Assembly: GCA_026708085.1 (NCBI GenBank)
Contig: JAPOVP010000189.1
Coordinates: 13,834-77,833 of the forward strand
Source: Caldilineaceae bacterium
Lineage (GTDB): Bacteria > Chloroflexota > Anaerolineae > Caldilineales > Caldilineaceae
Length of the DNA stretch: 64,000 nt
Direction of reading: 5' to 3'
The translations under genes and the position numbers were made by a program. The notes below the pieces were generated by a model. The model saw only the letters and a list, made by a program, of their open reading frames with translations, ran no database searches and was not told the origin of the DNA. Below are positions 19,798-27,871 of this stretch, one piece after another; positions within the stretch are counted from its first letter, which is position 1; each line of letters begins with the position of its first letter.

Positions 19798-21408
19798 TTA
19801 GAAGCCAAGTGCCTTGAGATTATCCGCGATCGCGTCATCCAGCCGGCGCGCCTCCTCCAGCTGCGCCCGCCACTGCGCGGCCAGCTGCCCCATCTTCTCT
19901 TCAAAGGGGATACCGTCGTCCTCCTGCGGCGCTGCGCCTACATACCGGCCCGGCGTCAGCACGTGGCCGTGCTTGCGGATCTCCTCCAGGCCGGCGCTCC
20001 TGCAGAAGCCGGGCACGTCCGCGTACTCGCCCCGCCCCTCCTTGCCCCGCCACGCGTGGTACGTGTCGGCCACGCGGCCGATATCCTCCGCCGACAGGTC
20101 GCGGTGCGCCCGGTCCACCATCTCTCCCAGCTTGCGCGCGTCGATAAACAGCGTCTCCCCGCGCCGCGGCCGTTGCTCCCCGTTGCCGCGGCCGCGCGCA
20201 AGAAACCACAGGCAGGCCGGTATCTGCGTCGAGCGGAACAGCTGGCCCGGCAGCGCAATGATACAGTCCACCAGGTCGGCCTCGATGATCTTCCTGCGTA
20301 TCTCCCCTTCGCTGGACTGGCTCGACGACATCGAGCCGTTCGCCAGCACAAAACCCGCCGTCCCGCGCGGCGCCAGGTGAAACAGGAAATGCTGCACCCA
20401 CGCGAAGTTGGCGTTCCCCACCGGCGGCGCGCCGTACTGCCACCGTTTGTCCTCGCGCAGCCGCTCGCCGCCCCAGTCGGAAACGTTGAACGGCGGATTG
20501 GCCAGAATATAGTCGGCGCGCAGATCGGGGTGGCGGTCGTTGTGGAAGCTGTCGCCGTGCTCGATCAGGCCTTCGATACCCCGTATAGCCAGGTTCATCC
20601 GCGCCATACGCCACGTCGTGTAGTTCGACTCCTGCCCGTAGATCGAGATGTCGCCCCTGGCGCGGCCCCCGTTGCCGTTCCCGCTGGCGTGGGCGCGGAT
20701 GAATGCCAGCGACTGCACGAACATGCCGGCGGAGCCGCAGCACGGGTCGTACACGCGCCCCGTGTAAGGCTCCAGCATCTCCACCAGCAGCTGCACGACG
20801 CTGCGCGGCGTGTAGAATTCGCCCCCCTTCCTGCCCTCGGCCAGGGCGAACTGCTCCAGGAAATACTCATAAACGTGGCCCAGCACGTCGGTCGCCCGCG
20901 CGGCCGCGCCGCCCACCCTGATGTTGCTCACCAGGTCAACCACCTGCCCCAGCCGGTTCTTGTCCAGCGCGGGGCGGGCGTACTCCTTGGGCAGCACGTC
21001 CTTCAGCGCCGCGTTGTCCCGCTCGATCGCGCCCATGGCGTCGTCTATCGCCTGGCCGATCGTGGGTTGCCGCGCCTGCAGCGCCGGCCAGCGCGCCTCC
21101 GGCGGCACCCAGAAGATATTCTGGCCCCGGTACTCGTCCGGGTCCTCGGGGTCCGCGCCCTCGTTTCGCTCCGCCTCCAGCTGCGCGTGGGCCTCCTCGA
21201 ACGCGTCCGAGATGTACTTGAGAAAGATCAGGCCGAGAACCACGTGCTTGTACTCGGCCGCGTCCATGCTCCCCCGTAGCGCGTCAGCCATCCGCCACAG
21301 CTCGGCCCTATAGTCGGCGACGTTCAGGTCGCCCATCGCGCCGGAATCCGGGCTGGCGTCTGTACCTCTCCCCCGCGCCGCCGGCGTCTGATGTCGAGTT
21401 GAAGCCAT
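19798..21408 (-). CDS. hsdM: Type I R-M DNA methyltransferase subunit (HsdM)
   Basis: [32 protein letters not shown] (HsdM N-terminal domain), [12 protein letters not shown] (SAM motif I) and LANPPFN (motif IV). The start is uncertain (21408 or 21333). Confidence 0.9.
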   Translation of the reverse strand: MASTRHQTPAARGRGTDASPDSGAMGDLNVADYRAELWRMADALRGSMDAAEYKHVVLGLIFLKYISDAFEEAHAQLEAERNEGADPEDPDEYRGQNIFWVPPEARWPALQARQPTIGQAIDDAMGAIERDNAALKDVLPKEYARPALDKNRLGQVVDLVSNIRVGGAAARATDVLGHVYEYFLEQFALAEGRKGGEFYTPRSVVQLLVEMLEPYTGRVYDPCCGSAGMFVQSLAFIRAHASGNGNGGRARGDISIYGQESNYTTWRMARMNLAIRGIEGLIEHGDSFHNDRHPDLRADYILANPPFNVSDWGGERLREDKRWQYGAPPVGNANFAWVQHFLFHLAPRGTAGFVLANGSMSSSQSSEGEIRRKIIEADLVDCIIALPGQLFRSTQIPACLWFLARGRGNGEQRPRRGETLFIDARKLGEMVDRAHRDLSAEDIGRVADTYHAWRGKEGRGEYADVPGFCRSAGLEEIRKHGHVLTPGRYVGAAPQEDDGIPFEEKMGQLAAQWRAQLEEARRLDDAIADNLKALGF

Positions 21409-21806
21409 AACCGCCTGCCTCCTGCTAACCGTAGTTCGATAGCCTAAAGAGCCACCCAAGAATATTCCCCTTGCCCTGGATGGTCAATTCCTGACTGCTT
21501 ACTGGCTTGCGTGGCTTCTCTGGCGGGCGTGAGAGCGGCAGGACGAGCGTCGAGGGCTGGAATGATCCGGATTTCTGAAGCGCTTAAAAAGCGCGCAGAA
21601 AGGCTGTGGGCGACACTTGAGAGTGCGAGATTGGAGTCTCAACGATCGCGCACCGGCTAAAGGCGCTTCGTGCTCTGTTCAGAACCGACCTCATTCTCCC
21701 AAATGCGCATTATCTTTCCCATTTCGTGGTCTGACGATTGGGGCCAGCCATAGACGTCTGTTTTCTCCTGGCTTCAATCGCTCGCTCATCGTCGTTCTCC
21801 TCTTAT

Positions 21807-21858
21807 GGTGAAATATGGAGGGTGAAGTAGGTGAAGTAGGTGAAGTAGGTGAAGTAGG
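21807..21858 (+). repeat. 9-bp tandem iterons GGTGAAGTA x4.2, plus one degenerate copy
   Basis: Perfect copies lie at 21821-21858, preceded by GGTGAAATA at 21807-21815. A T6 run and an AT-rich stretch follow. Confidence 0.9.
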
Positions 21859-21968
21859 TTTTTTCACATCCAGTTGCATAACGCGCATAATTGCCTGTTT
21901 ATTCGATGTTTATGCGAAATAACTTAATGTAGACACACATATTTCTTAGGGATCGAAGTGCCAATGTC

Positions 21969-21994
21969 TACTTCACCTACGTCACCTACGTCAC
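21969..21994 (-). repeat. Three inverted copies of the same iteron (GGTGAAGTA/GGTGACGTA)
   Basis: TACTTCACC TACGTCACC TACGTCAC is the reverse complement of the 21821 iterons. It overlaps the primase stop codon. Confidence 0.85.
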
Positions 21995-24252
21995 TCTCGA
22001 AGGCTGACGCCCGCGAAGTATGCTGGGACATTGGCCTTGCCGCCGCCCTTGCTCTCATGGCAACCTCGCGCCCGCAGTTCCCGATAGACGGCATTGCGAT
22101 CGGCGTTGGAAACCTTTACGCCCTCCGCTTCCGCCCATGCGAAGAGACGCTCAGTGAGCGCTCCTTTCTCCAGACGTTGCCCCTGCACAAAGGCAACTTG
22201 CTCAGACACGAATCGCTCTGCCACGGTAGTAGCGTCCGCGATTAGCGCCGCCATCTCCTCCACATGGCTTGCGGGTAAGGTATACCCGCGCTTTCGGGTC
22301 TGCAGGAAGTGATAGACCAGAACAGCCGCAATGTCCGGCCCTTCCTTTGCGTACAGTGCCGCATCTAGACCCTCAATGCGTTTGTCTGCCTTTATCTCAT
22401 GCGGAAATCGGCAAATGAGCATTCTTTCCTTCCATGCGCCCGCATCAGCGCCGGAAGTCAGGAACTGCGGAGGATGATTGGTGGCAGCAACGAAAGACAC
22501 CGGCAGAAGGGCAGCGAACGCGTTCTTGCGCTTTTCCTCAATTGTGACCGCGTCCTCGCCGGTTATCGCCTTCACTACCGCCGCCCCTTCCAGGAACGCG
22601 TCGCGGCGGTCGCGCCCCCTAGGTTGTTCGGCAAGATCGCCGATCGTGGCCAGAGACTTTCCGGTCATCCTTGCCGTCTGAAAACGACCGCCAAGCTCGG
22701 ACAGCTTGCTGTATGCAGTAAACTGCTCCGGGCCTACAAGGTTTTGCAGTAGCCGGATGTAAGTTCCTTTTCCGCTCCTGCCAGGCCCTTTCAAGACAAG
22801 CATCTTCTGATCGCTGGTGTACTGCATCAGCACGCGCCCACCGAACTCCAGAAGCAGCCATTTCTCGGCTTCCAGCTTCCCAAAAGAGACATTTAGAAAA
22901 CGCCAAAACTCCTTGGCCTGATTCAGCCAGGATTCGCTGGCCCCGATTTCCGGCAAGCGGAATGGCTTGCGGCTGATGACAAAGTCCTCCTTTTCGACCG
23001 GTCGGCGCATCAGCTGATCGCCCTCGATCCATACAACCTCATCGTCAAAGACTGTGCCGTTCAACGGCTTCCCCGTGTCCAGCCGCACATTGCGCCACCG
23101 GTCTTCACGTCTGATCATCCCTTGCTTGTCTGCTCTAGGACGCGTCAGCCACTCGAATCGCAGCAATGCTTCCCTCTCGACGGGGCTGTGCATAGTCACG
23201 CAATGAGTCGCCACGGCCGCGTCCTGCAGCGCCTGGCGCACCAAGTATTCGTCCACTTCCTGCCACGCCCCGTCGTAGCGCCACAGACGGTCGTACAGCG
23301 CCATGAACCGCCCTTCCTTTTCAACGGTCGCAGCCGCTTTTCTCAACACCTCATCCCGCGCCGGCGTTTTCATGGGCAGTGTCGTCGCGACTTCCGGCGC
23401 GTCCGGCTCCCAGTCGGTCAGCTGAGTCAATCGTTCTTTGATGGCGTCGGGTTTGAGATTGGCTGCATCTCCCTTCTCCGGCAAGTCGTCTACTGCCAGC
23501 ATCCGCACTTCCGCCGCCCCGGCCGCAGCCGACATGTTCCCAGCCGTCTGCATAGCCGTCAGGCCCTCTCCGTCGTTGTCAGGCCAGAGAAGCACCTTGC
23601 GTCCCTTGCATAGACTGAAGTTCGCCCTATCCACCGATTTCGCGCCGTTGCGCCACGTAACCGCGATATAGCCGTCGATTCCCGCGCGCTGGAATGCCTC
23701 CGCCGCCTTCTCCCCTTCTACAAGAACCACCGTTTTCTCGGGCGCGTCCTCTCCCCAGGGCAGCAGACGGCAGCCGTCCGCCTTCCCCTTTCCCCAAATC
23801 TTCTTCTTGCCATTGCCTATGTCCCGCCGGTACACATGCCTGTCTTGGCCGTCAGGGTGTCCGTAGGACGCGACGTAGTGCCTTCCATAGCCGCGCTTCG
23901 GCAGGCCCAGCGCGTCCATAATGTCCGCCCACTTGCAGCCCTTCGAATGGCATTTCGCCACAAAGCCGCCGTCATCACCAACCGCAAGATAGCAGTTAGG
24001 GTCCTCCCCCTTATGCACGGGACAGGGGATTTTCCAGCCCGATCCGCTTCGCCTTGCATTGGGAAAGAGTCCGGCTATGTCCTCGATATGGTTTTGGGCG
24101 TCGATCGCTCCGGATGCTTGCAGCGAACGGGAGTTCTCATTTTGGGCTTTGGAGAAAGGAGGGGCGAAGTTCAGCGCATTGTTGCTAGGCAGTCCCTTCT
24201 CCGTCTCAGACTTGCCCTGATAGCGCTTATCCTCTTCCTGTGGTATATTCAT
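21991..24252 (-). CDS. Toprim primase / P4-D5-type SF3 helicase (mobile-element replication protein)
   Basis: Zn-binding CPVHKGEDPNCYL...CHSKGC, Toprim VVLVEGEKAAEA...LWPDNDGEG, and Walker A VLKGPGRSGKGTY. The start at 24252 has GGAG 8 nt upstream. Confidence 0.85.
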   Translation of the reverse strand: MNIPQEEDKRYQGKSETEKGLPSNNALNFAPPFSKAQNENSRSLQASGAIDAQNHIEDIAGLFPNARRSGSGWKIPCPVHKGEDPNCYLAVGDDGGFVAKCHSKGCKWADIMDALGLPKRGYGRHYVASYGHPDGQDRHVYRRDIGNGKKKIWGKGKADGCRLLPWGEDAPEKTVVLVEGEKAAEAFQRAGIDGYIAVTWRNGAKSVDRANFSLCKGRKVLLWPDNDGEGLTAMQTAGNMSAAAGAAEVRMLAVDDLPEKGDAANLKPDAIKERLTQLTDWEPDAPEVATTLPMKTPARDEVLRKAAATVEKEGRFMALYDRLWRYDGAWQEVDEYLVRQALQDAAVATHCVTMHSPVEREALLRFEWLTRPRADKQGMIRREDRWRNVRLDTGKPLNGTVFDDEVVWIEGDQLMRRPVEKEDFVISRKPFRLPEIGASESWLNQAKEFWRFLNVSFGKLEAEKWLLLEFGGRVLMQYTSDQKMLVLKGPGRSGKGTYIRLLQNLVGPEQFTAYSKLSELGGRFQTARMTGKSLATIGDLAEQPRGRDRRDAFLEGAAVVKAITGEDAVTIEEKRKNAFAALLPVSFVAATNHPPQFLTSGADAGAWKERMLICRFPHEIKADKRIEGLDAALYAKEGPDIAAVLVYHFLQTRKRGYTLPASHVEEMAALIADATTVAERFVSEQVAFVQGQRLEKGALTERLFAWAEAEGVKVSNADRNAVYRELRARGCHESKGGGKANVPAYFAGVSLRE

Positions 24253-24483
24253 TTCCCTTTCTCCAAGCAAGGAAGGACCGGACCGCGTAACTGTGAGGGC
24301 AGCTGCGCGGTTCACTCTTTAAGAGAGTGACGGCAAAAAATACGCCAGCGAGCGCAAAGATAAGACCTCTCGAACACCATTTCATACCTCTTCTGCGTTT
24401 TGTGGCTCTCCCGCGCCGGCAGCATGGGATTGATCGGCCCCCGAACTGACAATGACGTCGCTTCCCCCTATGCAATCACGGCA

Positions 24484-24765
24484 TCAGGTTTCGCTCTTGC
24501 CGAAAACACGGTCCCACTCCTCAGGATCGTACAATGAGTCAAACCCGGATAGATCATGGCGGGTAAGCACAAGCGAAATGTTAATGCGCGTCATGCCCGG
24601 TTCTTTCGTCGTCAGAATCGGATTTTCATATGACGACGTTGCCAGTTGCATCAGCGACCGAATCAGCGACGACATTGTCATCCTGTGGTCGTCCGCCAAC
24701 GTCTTAAAGCGTTCTTTCAATTCGCGGTTAACCCGTACATTGAACACCGTCTCCTTGCTTGACAT
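24484..24765 (-). CDS. Ribbon-helix-helix (CopG/Arc-like) protein
   Basis: From the internal ATG: MSSKETVFNVRVNRELKERFKTLADDHRMTMSSLIRSLM, a beta-strand plus two-helix RHH pattern. Confidence 0.55.
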   Translation of the reverse strand: MSSKETVFNVRVNRELKERFKTLADDHRMTMSSLIRSLMQLATSSYENPILTTKEPGMTRINISLVLTRHDLSGFDSLYDPEEWDRVFGKSET

Positions 24766-25155
24766 GTCCGCCCTCCTAATGGTGAAAATTTGTGCGTGAT
24801 CAAGGTAGAGCAATGTGTATACAAATCACATGATACCTCAAGGCTGCATCTGGGGCAAAAGTGAACAGCTGACGAATCAAGTGGCCCGCTTCCCGGCAGG
24901 AATAACGCAAACTGGACAACGCGCGCACGTGTTGAACAAGCCTTTCGAACTCACATGCAATGTAAAAACGCCGGCCACCCAACCGCGCGCCGAACTTGCC
25001 CGCCGCCAACGCGGAGCGCTGCGCTGGGAGTAGCGACCTTGTCGAAATCCGGGGAGGTCGACGGTCAGGCCGTTATTGCCATGAAATGGGAGGAGAAAAG
25101 CTTTTGACGCGGCGCAATTGGGGCTAAGGGGATAGGCTCTTGACCACTGTGTCTA

Positions 25156-25990
25156 GGACTCGATGACATTTCGTCAAAGCCATATGAGAGTAGCGGCAAA
25201 GTGCAGAAAGGCCATGAAGCGTCGAGCAAGTTTTTCATAGCGGGTGAAAATGCGTCGATACCACTTGGTTCTGTTGATGAAGCGTTCGACAATGTTGCTT
25301 TCTCGGTAGCGGATTCGGTCATGGTCCCGTGGTTGCTTGCAATAGCGGCGAGAAGGGATGACGACCGCGACCTGTTGGGCTGTGAGCAGTACTCCTAGCG
25401 GGTCAGAATCGCATCCTTTAGCGGCAATGACAGCGTCAAATTGGAAAGGTGCGAGCAACGTTTCAGCCTGGGAAAAGTCATGGCGCTCGCCGCCACTCAA
25501 GATGAACTGTAAGGGGAAGCCAAGCGCATCGACGAGGAGATGGGTCCTGCTGCTGAAGCCACCCCGGCTCCGTCCTAGGCACTGTTCGTTCTGACGCCCC
25601 CTTTTTTGGAACCGCCCGCGGCGCGCATATGGGCGCGTACAGCTGTACTGTCCGGCATGACCGCTGCCACGTCGGGGTCTTGGGCGAACTGTTTGAACAT
25701 GTCGGCCCAAACACCGTTCTCTTCCCAGCATGCGTAGCGCTTGAATACACTGTTCCACTTGCCAAGGTCGGCTGGCAGTTCACGCCACTGTGCTCCGGTG
25801 CGCCGAATCCAGTAAACTGCTTCGACGAAACGGCGACACTTTTCCTCTTGTTTCCTCTTGCCCGGCATAGGCACGTGGGTGTCCTTGCAGAAATGCGTAC
25901 AGCTTCTGCCACTGAAGATCGGCAAGCTTATAGGTAGACATCCTACTATTGTCGCCAATGTGACAAAACCCTTCAAACGTCAACGAGACC
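25156..25990 (-). mobile_element. IS5-family (IS427-group-like) insertion sequence, ~835 bp, transposase disrupted
   Basis: Imperfect terminal inverted repeats GGACTCGATGACATTTC (25156) and GGTCTCGTTGACGTTTG (reverse complement at 25990). OrfA has [21 protein letters not shown]. OrfB has the DDE region LLVDALGFPLQF...RYRESNIVERFINRTKWYRRIFTRYEK. An A6G run at 25602-25608 sits in the orfA/orfB overlap. Confidence 0.75.
25174..25941 (-). pseudogene. IS5-family transposase (orfAB) with a 10-bp tandem duplication that frameshifts the N-terminus
   Basis: TTTCCTCTTG occurs twice in tandem (25841-25860). Removing one copy joins [30 protein letters not shown] to [11 protein letters not shown]... in frame. 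Confidence 0.7.
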
Positions 25991-26082
25991 TGGAAACCCA
26001 GGCCCTCATGCCTGCCGACCCTGTCCCCGTGCTTGCGGGGCTAAACATAACGGGTAGTACAAGCATCGGGGGCAGGTCACCA

Positions 26083-26613
26083 TCACCCGAACCCCAGCAG
26101 CCAACCCACGGATGCAGCGCCAAGATACAGGCCAACCGACATAATCCCAAAGCCGGGCAAGCCCAGCACAAACGCCGCCGCCCTTCCAACAAATCGAGAA
26201 TCTTCCTTCATGCGATCACGCGCCGAACGCATACGCCACAGCAGCCACCCACCCACCACAAGAACCGGAGCCAATGCAGCAGCGGACGCATTCTCAAAAG
26301 TAGACACCGACCACCCCCCGCCCCACAAGATCCCAATGATCCCTGTCAAACCATAATAGCTTACAAACATCAACCAGAAGCCTGCCAACGCCATCAGCCA
26401 AAGCAGCGAGAGCACCCACCACCTGCTATCGGCATTCGGATGAATTGCCAAACCCCGGCCCACCCAGAAGGCCAGGCCGCCGAACACGAATGAGAAAGAG
26501 TTCACCCCAAAGCCCATCCAAACAGAAAACGCGCCGTCCCAACCCCACGCCTCCCCCGCAAGCCCCACCACCACAGCCCCCTTAGAAAAGCAGCTCCAGG
26601 ACGTAGAATACAT
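26083..26613 (-). CDS. Multi-TM membrane protein, paralogue family member 3
   Basis: Hydrophobic throughout. It contains the shared motif GGWLLWRMRSARDRM. The start is uncertain. Confidence 0.45.
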   Translation of the reverse strand: MYSTSWSCFSKGAVVVGLAGEAWGWDGAFSVWMGFGVNSFSFVFGGLAFWVGRGLAIHPNADSRWWVLSLLWLMALAGFWLMFVSYYGLTGIIGILWGGGWSVSTFENASAAALAPVLVVGGWLLWRMRSARDRMKEDSRFVGRAAAFVLGLPGFGIMSVGLYLGAASVGWLLGFG

Positions 26614-26839
26614 CTTCAAGAGCCGGCCAAGCCGCCAACACCGAAAAGAGCCATAGAGAGCCGCCGGCAGCAACGCCCAGCCACGTCGCCAGACGCCCCA
26701 AGTAGCCGTACCTGGTCCGCAGGCCCTCAGAGGCGGACCGCATCCTTCCGACCAGCCAGCCCCCAAGACAAAACACGCCTACCCACAGAGCCAACTCTGT
26801 CAGCTGGACAACCAGCTCTACCAACAGTCCAACACTCAT
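26582..26839 (-). CDS. Small membrane protein, paralogue family member 2
   Basis: MSVGLLVELVVQLTELALWVGVFCLGGWLVGRMRSASEGL..., with the same motif. The start is uncertain. Confidence 0.45.
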   Translation of the reverse strand: MSVGLLVELVVQLTELALWVGVFCLGGWLVGRMRSASEGLRTRYGYLGRLATWLGVAAGGSLWLFSVLAAWPALEDVFYVLELLF

Positions 26840-26945
26840 AGCGCCCTTCCCAGACACCAGCCCGGCCCGGCTAGTCCCGAACCGTGACAAACGGCGCGAC
26901 GGTCTTGGGGCCAATCCCCGGCACCCGCTCCAACTCTTCCACGTC

Positions 26946-27362
26946 TCAGTACCCCAACATTACCAGCGCCAGTTCAGCGGCGGCCCATAGGGAATAACAT
27001 ACGGCCAGAACCGCGACCCACAGAAGAACGAACCCCATCCCTTTGCCCAGGGGGCCGCCCAGCGCAGCCAGGCGCTCCCGCGCCGCACGCATAGACCACA
27101 GCAGCCAGCCACAGCCAGCCACAACAAGAAACGTGGCCAAATCTACCAGGGAAACCCAGAGATCGCCCCATATTTCGAAAGCCGTACTACCTACGCCAAA
27201 AAAGATGACAACGACGCCCATATACGCCATAAGCAGGAGAAAACCGACGCCCATACAGCCCTGTGCTCGTACGGCATAGAAACGCCCCACGAAAAGAAGC
27301 ATGACCCCTACTGCGAGCATGAACGCGGTGTAAATAAACTCAAACCAAATCATCAGCGGCAC
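26946..27362 (-). CDS. Small membrane protein, paralogue family member 1
   Basis: 138 aa with about 4 TM segments and the motif GCGWLLWSMRAARERL. Confidence 0.55.
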   Translation of the reverse strand: MPLMIWFEFIYTAFMLAVGVMLLFVGRFYAVRAQGCMGVGFLLLMAYMGVVVIFFGVGSTAFEIWGDLWVSLVDLATFLVVAGCGWLLWSMRAARERLAALGGPLGKGMGFVLLWVAVLAVCYSLWAAAELALVMLGY

Positions 27363-27411
27363 CTCTTAGAAAGCCGAAAGCAAGCGTCGATAGCCGGCCG
27401 CCTTCCGTGGA

Positions 27412-27813
27412 CTAGAACGGCATATCCTCCTCTTCGCCCCTTTCTCCCGGCTGCTCCGGGCCCGGTGCAACTTCCTGGGCCTCCGCACGTGTACTGAGAA
27501 ACTCTACGTGACGCGCCCGCACCTCGAGCGAAGCGCGCGTGCCGCCCTCCCGGTCGGTCCACGTGCTCGGCTCCTCCAGCTCGCCGACAACCAGCACACG
27601 CTGCCCTTTTGTCAAAAACTGGTTGCACGTCTCCGCCAGCCTGCGCCACGCCGTAACACTGAACCAGACCGTCTTCTCTTGCGTCGTCCCGTCCTGGGCC
27701 CGCCAGCGGCGGTTTGTCGCCACCCTGAATGAAGTCGCCGCCGTCCCGTCCGGCGTGTAACGCATCGTCGGGTCCCCGCCCAAGTGGCCGACTAACGTGA
27801 TCTGCTGGTACAT
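27412..27813 (-). CDS. ssb: Single-stranded DNA-binding protein
   Basis: MYQQITLVGHLGGDPTMRYTPDGTAATSFRVATNRRW... is an OB fold, followed by an acidic tail ending in DMPF. Confidence 0.9.
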   Translation of the reverse strand: MYQQITLVGHLGGDPTMRYTPDGTAATSFRVATNRRWRAQDGTTQEKTVWFSVTAWRRLAETCNQFLTKGQRVLVVGELEEPSTWTDREGGTRASLEVRARHVEFLSTRAEAQEVAPGPEQPGERGEEEDMPF

Positions 27814-27871
27814 CCGAATCCTCCTGTGTCTGCTGACTAAAGGGTTGGGAAGGCAAGCGACGCCCAACTTC

